This document shows positions 30,509-41,792 of a stretch of 64,000 bases of DNA, piece by piece. The notes beneath the pieces are model-generated. The model was not told the origin of the DNA. It searched no databases and was given only the letters and a program-made list of their open reading frames with translations. The position numbers and the translations under genes were made by a program. Positions within the stretch are counted from its first letter, which is position 1. Each line of letters opens with the position of its first letter. The DNA comes from Tubulanus polymorphus (Eukaryota > Animalia > Nemertea): contig NC_134026.1 in the NCBI RefSeq assembly GCF_964204645.1, positions 23,904,150 to 23,968,149 on the forward strand. Reading direction: 5' to 3'.

Positions 30509-33500
30509 TTACTGAAGAGGAGAGAATGGAGTTGGAATCAGGATACGCGATTCTAAAGTCCTAATCAATGGAACTGAAATGCAAGAAACAATCGAAAATT
30601 AATGAAAACTTCTGTGTCATTTTTTTATCCAGCAAGGGGATCATCCAATTACCAGTGTAAGCAACACATTCATCCCATCCAGGTTTTTGCCAAGCAGACT
30701 CCCTCAATTCTTTCCGTGTCTGTAGATTCTTGTAAGCTATAAGATAAATTCATTTACATCATCAACACAAAAATAGACTTCCGAGTATTTAGTAAAGAAA
30801 ATTATAATTTAAGTATTAACCCCAAATGTGATGGACAGTATACAGTTCTCCCATGTTTGAAAAGAAGCCTCCAACCGGGGTTTCTAGTTGTTTCCTGGTG
30901 ATCAGACCACGGGCCCTGAAACAAAAAATCAAAATTCCATGCAATCAGTATGAGTGATACTGAAAATTCAATTTGACAAAAAATATTGCGTAATTTTACC
31001 AGTTATTTCCCCATTCTATCATAGTACCGGGCTGAAAGATAAAAGAAAGCAATTCAGAAAATATACAAAACTCATGGCCTGGCCAAACTCATTTGTTTTA
31101 AGATTAATACCAAACATTTTTCAGTGGAATATATTCACCTTTAATGTATAAGTTCTCAGTTCATAGATATTCTTCTCTTGTGTAGGTTTCTCAAATGGCC
31201 AAAAACTGAAGCTCAGAAGAATCTGATTGCTGCGCGAATTTATCATCTTATTACGGTTTTTGCGAAATTGAACAAAATCCTGCAAAAAACATGCAGTCAT
31301 ATGTGTGAGGACTAGACAAATTGGAATGACATAAAAGATCCATCTTCTTTTATTTAAGAGAGAACCTTAATATCATCAACTATTCGCCATTCTTTACCTT
31401 ATCAGTTCTATAAGTTTCCACAGCAGTATTCAGAGTAGGGTATCCGCCATCATATCTCCATATGTGAACTAAGAAAAAAAAACCAGAAGTTCTATACAAC
31501 CATTCAGTGCATCAACATTAATAAGACTGTTTTTAACATTTTCACTTTTTTGTTTTTTTAGCAGTTTATTTTCAGTAATAAGACAAGCGATTTCCAAATA
31601 AAATATAGAGAATTAAAATCAGCAAGGGAATATAGGTGATAGTCATTATGTGATAAGTGTAACATAGTCAGAACAAATACTGCGGATGAGTTATAAGCTC
31701 CATGAACATGCAATAATACCCACCAGTGGTGTAAGTGGTGGTGCATCGATTCATTAAATAAATTGTAACCTGATGATTACAAATCTAGATTACAGAGACA
31801 TTTATGATAACGATAACCACATTTATCTAAAAAATTTAGCAAAATTACCCAACATAGGACCTGTCATTATTTGAGTTTTTTTTTTAAGCTTAAAAAACCA
31901 TGACAACCCAACAACAATGGCTGAAGCAAATAAGATATGCTTTTTCAACCATTCTCATACTAACTGGCCTTATCTTGGTCCCCTATATCCACTGTAAAAC
32001 TGCCTGCCAATTCGGCACCAGGGGTTTTATGTTGGACAAGTTCAACAAATTTGGCACTGAAAAATATAAGCTCTAATTGTGAAAGACAAAATGCATACAA
32101 CGCATAGAAGGTTCTGTTCCATGGATTAAGAAGTTGAATGTTTTGAAGCAGAATTATTTTTGCCATAAAACATAGAATTTATTGGCGCATATCATCATTC
32201 CATCTATGCTTTTATCCATATCATATATGCCTCATATATACATAACACATGATGGCCATATGTGAAACGATACAATGGAACCTCGTGATTACAAACCCTG
32301 AGGACAAGAGGGTGTCACAAAAAACTGAAATCTAATCACCAATTTAGTATCTATCAGTACGATGAAAATACTAAAATTTCTGTTACATTAAATATAATGA
32401 GGTTTCACTGTATTGTTATGATATACATGTATAAATATGTTAAGACATCATAATTCACATCAGAGTTTTTTCCAGCTTAACTTCAGGACTATCAGTACGC
32501 AAAAGTCCACGAAACTAATTTTGACTCAGTCATCACAGTAGAACTGGATCGTAAACGAACAAACACTACTGATGTGAATCAAGTGACTTTAACTTCACTG
32601 GCTGGGTATTGAATGAGAGAAAACTTCTTGGATTTAAGCCGAACTAACACCTAAATACATCGGCCAAAGTGCAAATATATCTAACACAAGCGATACAATA
32701 CAATATCTAGTATCATGACAACAAGCAGAGATCGAAATATCAACTAATCATTTTCAAGTACCAGCTTCATCTTGTTTGCCAATACTGACAGTGAAGCTAC
32801 CCAACAACTCTGCACCAGTCCTTTTCTCTTGTACTAAATTATGAAAGTTTTGACTGAAAAGGAAGGTATAATGATAGTAGCTGGTATAATCAAACAATTC
32901 ATAAATGAACAATTCTCAAAATTCCTACTTTTCAATTGTAAATTCTTTGCAAAGAACAAACTTAACTCACAATTCATTCAAGTATTCTTCCATGAACTCT
33001 GGTTTTACCGAATGAACTGAAAACAAAAGCAAACATAGAATACTAAAGTAGCCTACTTTTTATTTCTGCAAAAAATATAGTCAATGATAAATTGTGACAT
33101 GGCAAATAATACACACGCTACTTTATGCCCAAATACTTACACTGTATCTCGTAAACTGTATTTCTGTTTGACAGTAAACTTGATGCCGAATCTTTACCGG
33201 TTTGTACCGGCCGGACGCGAAAAGCTTTACGCAGCCAGCCACCGGTTTTTGGTTGATCATTGCATAACACAACCGAAGAAGAAAATCCCCTGGAATTGAA
33301 TAAACTCTCAATATAGGACCATACAAATTGCAACTTGTTGAACTACATACGACTGAGTACTGAGAGGGAAAACGAGAGTCGAGAGGAATTTGAACAGACC
33401 CTAGCCTCTCGCTCGGCCTCGAAATCGAATGTCAATGCGTCTCTACCTGTTTACGATATTTTCACTGACTGCATTCTTTTGAAGAGTCGAAATTATACAG

Positions 33501-33532
33501 CGAAACTGGCGTATACTACCGTGGCGAAACAT
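30509..33532 (-). CDS. NIPSNAP: protein NipSnap (mitochondrial), multi-exon with two alternative internal exons
   Basis: Arg-rich presequence [14 protein letters not shown]; [21 protein letters not shown]; HIWRYDGGY; [24 protein letters not shown]; VHHIW; [38 protein letters not shown]. Confidence 0.93.
31965..32056 (-). CDS. NIPSNAP: NipSnap alternative exon B (92 nt)
   Basis: ttttcag|...[30 protein letters not shown]|gttagt, phase 2 to 1. Confidence 0.88.
32271..32412. mobile_element. Tc1/mariner-pogo-type MITE between the NipSnap alternative exons
   Basis: TIRs TACAATGGAACCTC / GAGGTTTCACTGTA with TA ends. Confidence 0.55.
32762..32853 (-). CDS. NIPSNAP: NipSnap alternative exon A (92 nt)
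   Basis: cttttcag|...[30 protein letters not shown]|gtactt, phase 2 to 1. Confidence 0.88.
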
Positions 33533-33630
33533 TTTCAATCTCTAATAGCGATGCGAAGAAAAATAACAGTTGTTTATAGCGAAATTTTGGTCGCTTTCAT
33601 CATGATTTTGACATTGAGAATAATAAATGA

Positions 33631-33649
33631 CAGCGCCCTCTTGTGGTCA
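33631..33649 (-). promoter_or_regulatory. CTCF-like motif between CCDC42 3' end and NipSnap start
   Basis: Reverse complement TGACCACAAGAGGGCGCTG resembles the CTCF core CCACNAGRGGGCGC. Confidence 0.45.
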
Positions 33650-34100
33650 TTTGATCGAACCGGTTGCCGAGGGGTCGAATCCCGTAAATCAGAAATTAAA
33701 CGAATGTGGCATTTATTAAAGATTTATTTATACATAACATAATTCAATAAACCTGACTGCAGTAGAATTTCAACCGATATAAAATCCTTGGATGGCATTC
33801 AATAATATATTACCCATCTAGACATCTCTAGTAGAGGCTGTACAAAAAATTTCATAATTTAATATCATAAACATCAGTCATTTTTCCAACAAATAAAATA
33901 TACAAATAAAATACAATTTCCATTTTATAAAAATACACACAATTATCACGGAATAAATCACGTTTGATATTTTACAATAAAAAAGATTTGAAGATTTTCC
34001 AACATGATTAATTGTTTTATGATGTAAACGATTTTTTAGAGTCACAAGTTAAGTCCCTGTCATGATTATAGTTTATGATTAGCATCACTATAGAAGATGA

Positions 34101-36171
34101 TCATTGACTGGAAGATGCCCCAGCAGTTGATTGAGTTGCTGCTTCAGAACGCTTGATTTCTTGGGTTATTTGATTTAAATCTTGTATAAATATCTGTATC
34201 TGTAACGAAGAAAAAAAAACATCAATCAAGTCATTAGTAGGTTATCGCTCAGGGGCCGGTTGCTCAAAAGTTGGCTAGAGTTAACCAGTGGATAGTTGAT
34301 AGGGTGACAATTGAAATTTCATTGTTACTATAGTATTTAACGGCTGGTTATCTTTAACCAACTTTTGAGCAACTGGCCCCTGGTTAGTAGATCATCGAGG
34401 AAAATCATCAGAAGACATACCTTACTGAGCTGCTCAGCTGTTTCATCAACCTGTTCATCTGGTAATTGTTTTTGGTGTCTCAGTACCAGTTGGTATAAAT
34501 TATGAGTGGCCCTACAAGACAACCACACTTACGTAAATTATGCATATAATTTGAGCAGCAAATTATGAAAAAAGAAACCCACACCTACATTTTGATTCGG
34601 CCAAGTAATAATGTCTTTGTAGCTGCAGTATTCTTTATGTGAGTCCATTTCGACTCCCATTTAACAGCGTCGCTTTCAGATTTATCAAGTCTTGTTTGTA
34701 ATCCTGCCAGTTGATTATTGTATCCCAATATCTCATTATTCTTATCCTTTGAGAATAAAGGAGGAAATAAAAACACAAACAAGTACAATGCCACGAAATT
34801 CTATTAATGTTCGTGAAAACTTGATAATAAATGATCATACCTCAGTGTATTTCATTAGTTTCTGTTTTTCTAATTCAACAGCCTCTTGGTTCTTTTGTTC
34901 TCTTTCCATCAAATCCTAGAAAATCCTATCTTAGTTCAAAAAACTACTGAACAGCACACAAAGTGAATTGAAAAAACAGTAAACTTCGCCTCACTTACTG
35001 GGCGAAATTGGTCAGAGTTAAGAAAAATTCTGATTTAAAGATCAGGGGCCAGTTGCACAGTCGTGACTTAAGTCCAAAAGTGGTCTTAAATCTTAAGATT
35101 GGTCTTAAGTTGTTAGATTGGCTATAGAACTGAGTTGGTCTTAGACTGGTCTTAAGTCTAAGTCATGACTATGCAACTGGCTCCAGGTAAGATAAGTTGA
35201 GGAGTCAGAAAATGACTTTCTTTTTGTCCATGTTTATCAAAAGTCTGAGTTGGTCATGCCTGAGTAAGGCAAGGATTACTGTATAGTATAGTACAAATAT
35301 GACTTACATAATAAGTAGCAGTCAGTGTGTCATATCGAGCAATTACTTCTCGTATCTCATGAAACTCTTCTGCAGTTTCGAGAACTTTATCTAAATATTT
35401 CTGGCAGACAACATGCTTCTCCAATTTATTTTGAAGATGATCTTTATCAGCAGAAAATAGACCAATCTCATCTCGCAGTCTGGAATCATGAAATTTTTAT
35501 AGAAATATCATAATCAGTCTAACAGGTAATTGTTGATAAAGTTTTTAATCCTGAAAAGCCGACCTGTCAATTTCCTTGTCCTTTGATCTTTTCAGATCGC
35601 GTTCATCTTGTGCCTTCTTCACTGCTCTGGCTCTTTTTGAATCGTTTTCCTGTAAAGGTTTTTACCTTTAAGACACCGAACATCTCAAAACAATCGAGTA
35701 AGATCTGGACAGTTGATTCATTTGAGAACTTACCTTCAAAAATTTATCGAATTTGAGTAAAGATTCCTTTAGCTGAAACTCTTTTCTCTCCAACTCTTCC
35801 CGACGTTGTTGTAAACTTTCCATTTTCATTTGAAACTCCTAAAATCAAAAGGCTCCTCATGAATTCCTTAGCAAATAAGATGACAAATAAGATTATTCAG
35901 ATTGACAGCATCATATACTTCTTTTTGTGCAGCTAATGCCTGTTCAACTTCAGCCATTTCCCTTCGTTTTTCCAGCAATCTTGTCGCTGGTGTCAAGTGA
36001 TCATCCTCTCTTTCAGGCATTTTTCTTGAAAAAAAATAGGGACACAGATTGATAATTTCATCGCAAAGTATACAAAGTTATCACTTTTTAACCAAATTAC
36101 GGTGATAATACTTACACAAGGAGCTTATCCTCGAATGTAGTTCGGAAATACTCTTCTAAACTAACAGCCAT
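34101..36171 (-). CDS. CCDC42: coiled-coil domain-containing protein 42 / CFAP73 family (DUF4200), multi-exon
   Basis: [104 protein letters not shown]. Stop TGA at 34101-34103. Confidence 0.88.
34250..34382. mobile_element. palindromic MITE, PIF/Harbinger-like ends
   Basis: TIRs CAGGGGCCGGTTGCTCAAAAGTTGG / CCAACTTTTGAGCAACTGGCCCCTG. Confidence 0.75.
35043..35186. mobile_element. MITE, PIF/Harbinger-like, CAG flanks
   Basis: CAG-GGGCCAGTTGCACAGTCGTGACTTA ... TAAGTCATGACTATGCAACTGGCTC-CAG, with internal GGTCTTA repeats. Confidence 0.7.
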
Positions 36172-36758
36172 CTTGTTTATCTGACTGTATAGCCAAATAC
36201 AATCACCGACAAATTTCAAATCTGTGTTTGAGAATATACGCACGCAGTCCTAGGGCATCCACACAGCTTCTGGTCTAAATATTAAATAATTCCATAACTA
36301 AATATCGTAATAATAAAATAAATAATTGAATTGAATTTGAAATAAGAAAGGTTGCCGAGATCTCCGATTCTGGACCAGATATCCAATTAATTGCACAAAT
36401 ATTCAAGACAATTGTTATATTCTACACTTTTTTTCATTTATACCTATCCAACGTTTTCAACCTCGATAAATTTAATACGAACTCAAGAAAAAATAACCAA
36501 TTTGCAAATGAACCAGGAAGTAAAATCAAAGTGAAAAGTTAGCGAACAATTGTGTATAGGTAGCCGAAATGACGTACAGTTCAAAGCAAATATATTTCAG
36601 ACTCACCGGAATATATAACTTAATCTAGTAAAGGCAATTATATTTTGAAATCTCTTGCTAAATATTGTTCATGATGATGTGATGAAATCTGATTTTTACA
36701 CATTTCATGTTTCGGTTTCAGGATTTTAGTAGTTATATTACGCTCTCTTTCGTGGTAT

Positions 36759-36861
36759 TGTTTACTCGTTGCTAGGTGATATATAAGACAGTCGCTGATT
36801 GGTCGCTGTTGAACCAATAGGATGCGCTGTATTAGCGCGCAGTCTGTTTCTCCATGGTAAC
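36759..36861. promoter_or_regulatory. bidirectional ciliary promoter (forkhead + X-box + CCAAT motifs) between CCDC42 and TEKT2
   Basis: TGTTTAC 36759-65; X-box-like GTTGCTAGGTGAT 36768-80; ATTGG 36798-802; CCAAT 36814-18; X-box-like TTCTCCATGGTAAC 36848-61. Candidate 5' UTR donors at about 36606 (-) and 36973 (+). Confidence 0.65.
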
Positions 36862-37308
36862 TGAGTAACAACTACTAGCAAGTGACAAGTTGTGTTACTG
36901 TTTGGTTTGGCAGAACTGTTGCGGTCTACAATTTCACACATACTGCTAGCGGTGGAACGATCTGGACGCAAGGTAGGTTAACATTACTTCTCATTCATTC
37001 TAAAGATTTTATGGAAAATAGAATACAGGCATTGTTATGTTCAAGCAATCCTTGACCTTGTGACGTGCGTTGTTGAGAAATCAATCAAACCGACAAAAAA
37101 GTCAAAAAAGCACTGCAGTGCAAGGTAGGCAAGGGCATCATCTATCCAACCAACAAGATGTCATGATATGCACAAACCTAAAGGTCATTTTGGATAACGA
37201 GTAACCTAACTGGATAATGTTTTGGTTGGGTGCAAATGTATGCTTTTTCAGTTTTAGTTTTGAATAATAGCGTTTATTTGCCTTTTTAAATTTTCAGACT
37301 GAAGAAAA

Positions 37309-39135
37309 ATGGCAACTGCAATAAAAACAAGCACGCGATATTCTGTACCTGATTGGTATACTTCAAACCATGCGATTTCCACCAATGCTGAAAGACAGCG
37401 CGGTACATCACATGATGTTCGACAAAGCGCCAGAAAACTTAGAAATGAAACGGACAATAAAACAAAATGGGATCAATACGACAACAATACTCGTTTAGCC
37501 GATCGTGTAGATGATATTCGAAAGTGGAAGGAAATTTTGGAAAGATGTCTCGCCAACATTGACAGAGAAATTGCTGATCTTTCGGAAGCGAAAGATTTAA
37601 CCGAGCAAGCCTTAGAAGACAAAAACCTGCCGTTAGATGTAGCTATTGAATGTCAAACATTGCGAGAAGGAAGACAAGGAATCGATTTGGTTAATGACAA
37701 AGTACAATCAGAACTTGGAAATGTGAGTTTATTCCTCAAGGTTCATGATGCTCATTTCTATTAGATCAATGATCATTTGAAGATAACCTTTTCTGTGAAT
37801 TAGTAAACCTATTGTTGAACCACCTCATTGTCTTTTAGGAAGTAAATGTGATTGAAGGCATCAAAGGAGCATTACAGCAGAAGATTGACGAGTCATTTGA
37901 ACAGTTGTGCTTATTGCAAGAAGCTCGACAACAGATCGTCGCCGACCTTCGAGACAAGAATATTGCGCTCGGTATTGATATAGATCAATATAATCTTACT
38001 GAAAAATCGCCAGGAATCAGTTACAAGCCAGATCCATGCAGAGTTCCAAAAGGGTATGTATCTAGATGAAAAATATGAAATCCACCTATAAAGATGGAAT
38101 GTAAAACCCACATTTCTCATTGATCATCTCTGGTTTCATTACCTGTGAACTTTGCAGGAGTACAACACCACAGCAATGGGAAGACTTCAGCCGTATCAAT
38201 AAGGAAAGAGCAGAAGCAGAGATGCGCACATCAACTACACTTCGTGAAGCAATTCATCATACCCTTCAAAAAACTGCCAATGATTTGGAAGCACAAAAAG
38301 AACATCTAAACTATGAATACAGGAAACGCATTCGTGAGATGGAAGCAGCAAAGAAAGAACTTGAATGGCAGAAAGAAAATGTAAGTTACTCTAAAATAAA
38401 AATGTTTGAACTGCAGTCCTTCGATGTACAAGTTTTCAAATGCCAAAACAGATTTGGTTCATTGAAGACAAATTGTTTTAACTTTATGACAGACTGAAAA
38501 GGAAATCAAAGATCTTCGGGGAGATATCGCTGCCCTCGAGGAATCTATTCAAGCGAGAATACCACCATCTAAACTCGCTCAGACTAGGCTTGAGAACCGC
38601 ACATACAGGCCTAATGTAGAGCTGTGTAGGGATCGTCCTCAATATGGTCTTACTGATGAAGTAAAACAATTGGATGTTACAAAGAAAGCTTTGGAAGAAA
38701 AACTTAGAGAAGCAAGGTATTATTTGACCATATAAGGGATCATTCATTTATTACGTACGAATTAGGAGAGGGGATGGGTAAGTGCAATTGCGTACTGTAA
38801 TGCTTAATGTATATGAAAAAATTCAATTTCATGCGTACGTAATGAATGAATGATCCCTTACTGAAAAGAATGTGAGAAGCCCTATACATGTATTTTGTTT
38901 ACACTTGAAAATGAAACACGTGTAATATCTTTCTTTTTACAGGTATCAACTTGATGGTTTGGAAGATAACTTACACAAAATAGACGATGATCTTGCTCTG
39001 AAGACAAACTCTCTGATGTTGGACAAGAGATGTTTGGATGTACGTGAAAAGTTGAATGCCAGCGCCAAGAGTCAAACAGAAAGAAACTTGGGTTTAACTG
39101 GCATGGAAAGAGAACGATCCATGATTCTGGCATAG
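37309..39135 (+). CDS. TEKT2: Tektin-2 (tektin B1-like), 5 coding exons
   Basis: RYSVPDWYTSNHAISTNAERQR, NETDNKTKWDQYDNNTRLADR, tektin signature RPNVELCRD. Stop TAG at 39133-39135. Confidence 0.93.
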
Positions 39136-40881
39136 GTTCATTGAAAATGATAAATTGTAAAAAAATATCTGTGTGAAATCAATTTATGCATAACTGTGAT
39201 TTTTAAAAATTAATTTTTTCCGAATAGCCTCACCCCTTTTAAAAGAAAACCAGTATGAGTACATTATCTACGTAATGAGGAAAGATCTCTACTGTTATTA
39301 TGTCACTGGATATCACTTCTTCCTTCTGGTGCTATTTGACCTTTCCGATTTTGGTACTGCACTGAATTTTTGTGATATTATTTTCTTTAATGAGGCAAAA
39401 TTATGGATTTGATTGTAAATGTTTTTTTTCTTTTATTCAATCTGGATCAATTCGATTGAGTCATCAATGAAGTATAAGATTCAGAATTTATATTATAGGC
39501 GCTTGATGTAAATCTTGTACATTGTTTGAGTGCTTTAAAATATCAATAAAACATAATATATACGTATCGTCAATTATTGGTTGCGTTTCAAATTGTTGTC
39601 TGAAGTTTAGAAATACCGTACATTGCTAGACGAGCACATCCAACAAGGACATCGAAGAGTGAAACCTGAATGGGCAAGTGGACGGAAAAATATATTTTTT
39701 GTTTGATAGCATGTGTCTCGCACGCAGTGTATAATTCCCATACGTACATATCGAAAAGGGACGGATAAAAGTTGGTTTGAGCCTGATAAAAATGAAATAA
39801 AATGTGACCTGCCCGGTAAAGAGTTTTTTTTGGGCGAATATCGGTACTGTTTATCAGTCATTTTTTAGGTAGGTTAGTTAAGAAAACTGCTGGAATTAAG
39901 GATCAGGAAATACCTTTAAGACTCAGATAAAAATGAAAACGATTTGTCTTTAGTTAGGCGGAATGTCTGCGAGATTTGATATACCTGGTTTCTCCGTCTG
40001 CTGAGGTCAAAAATAAAAATTGACCCGGTCGCCTATCTACCCTGTACATCCCCTAGCCATAACAGACCAGGCAACTATAGAAATGAACTGATTACAAATT
40101 TTGTTGCAGTGACCCGGCCGCTGCGGAAAAGCGAGGTATCATTTTATAGCCTAAAAATGTCAAGCTTCAATACAATGACCAGAGACGGCCTCGGATGTTC
40201 AGAACAACGAACCATTTAACAAATTTGTTTCATATTCATTTTGTTGTTGATATGTTATCAAAACGATAGCTATCGTCGATATTAGCTGGATTCACCACGA
40301 ACAGTCAAAATTAAACTCTGATGTGCGCATTGGGGGCTTTTATTTGCCACGAGTTCACCAGACGAGGGCACCAGACAGTCGATTTCAAAGTCGGGATCCA
40401 CATCAAGAAGAACTTTAGATAAGGGGGTGTCAGGCTTTGTAGAGCTGGAAAAAGCAAGAAGGAACCGGATTGAGGGTTGCTTGTGCAATCAATAAGACTC
40501 TAATGGGATTGGGATAAGAGAGGTTCAATTCTAGTGGGACTAGATATATAGTATGTAGAGTATTTAGTATTTAGAGGGTAAGTCCAAGAGATTAAAGCGT
40601 GTGCGCAAAAACAAATTTTACCGCGCAAACTGATCATAAGGCAAACTGATAATTATATCATTAGCATGCAAAATCGATCTTTTTTGGGGCACTGAAATTC
40701 TTTTTTTCGCGATACACGAAAAAAGTTTTGAATTAAAGCATTGATTGGTAATAATCTGTCCAGTAACTTGTTCGGACTGATGTGTATGAAAAGTCCGCTA
40801 ATGAGTTCACCAAAGGAACCCTAACGTGATTGTCTGATGTACCACAGGTGGAACGAACGTCACTGAGGATCCCACCCAGTC

Positions 40882-41014
40882 CAGGGGCCCAGTTTCACGA
40901 AAAAGTTAAATTCAGATTTTTGGTGTAATTGCCATTGGTTACTTCATGTTTTCAATGAGGACAACAATTCAAACTTAACCGTTTTAGGCTTAAACTTTTT
41001 TCGTGAAACTGGAC
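40882..41014. mobile_element. MITE, PIF/Harbinger-like ends
   Basis: Inverted repeats CCAGTTTCACGAAAAAGTTAAA / TTAAACTTTTTTCGTGAAACTGG, with the same GGGCC-CAGTT start as the CCDC42-intron elements. Confidence 0.6.
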
Positions 41015-41792
41015 TGGGGCGAACTAACGACGTCGTAACGGCATCGTTGTAGCGGCAGGCCCGTGCGCGATAGTCAACGTCGAAGGGCTGCCAATGTCGG
41101 TTTTACCTATAGGCCTACTTCTGACTGACTATGACGGACGGTGAGACGTCGAAAATATATCGATAGAGTAAACCGAAAAACTCGGCGAAAAAGTCGAAGA
41201 GTTTGGCCGAAACAGAGTTTATTTTTTTAGTAAAATAAATGATTAACAAATTTGAAATTATGGATTGTTGAAATTAATATAGTTACCCAGCAACATAACT
41301 GGGAGTCATGGTTTTTTAACATTTCGTTTGAGATATACCAGGCCTACGGAGGAGGCGAATAGTTTTAGGTCAATAGTTTTGATGAAGGTATATTTTGCAG
41401 ACGCTGAGAATATAAGATTACAGCTATGAAAAATCGTGAGTAAACCTAAACAAAGTTACTTTATTCATTATTGTAAATAGCAAAATTATTGCATCATTGC
41501 AAAAAAACATTCATGATTCAAATTTAGTCCGCACATTTAGGCCTATGTAGCCTATTCAACTGATAATCTTAGTGCCATTGGACATTAATCGCTATATTGC
41601 CGATACCTGTGAGTAACAAAGTGAAGAAATTACGAATATACGTGGTATTGTTGGTGCATCTTATAAGTATATATGATTTTTAATGTAGCCTATAGGGTGG
41701 AGCACGAACCTAACAAAATAACTATGATAAGTGATGATGATTTATTCATCATTATTTTTTCATCTAAATTTTGGTTCATCATTAATCTCAAT

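Noticed and set aside
32459-32536. Box C/D-like GTGATGA...CTGA in NipSnap intron (minus strand)
   Set aside because: No convincing terminal stem or guide complementarity; such short motifs are common by chance.
33335-33742. 135-aa plus-strand ORF
   Set aside because: Antisense to NipSnap exon 1 and promoter with no motif; likely a shadow ORF.
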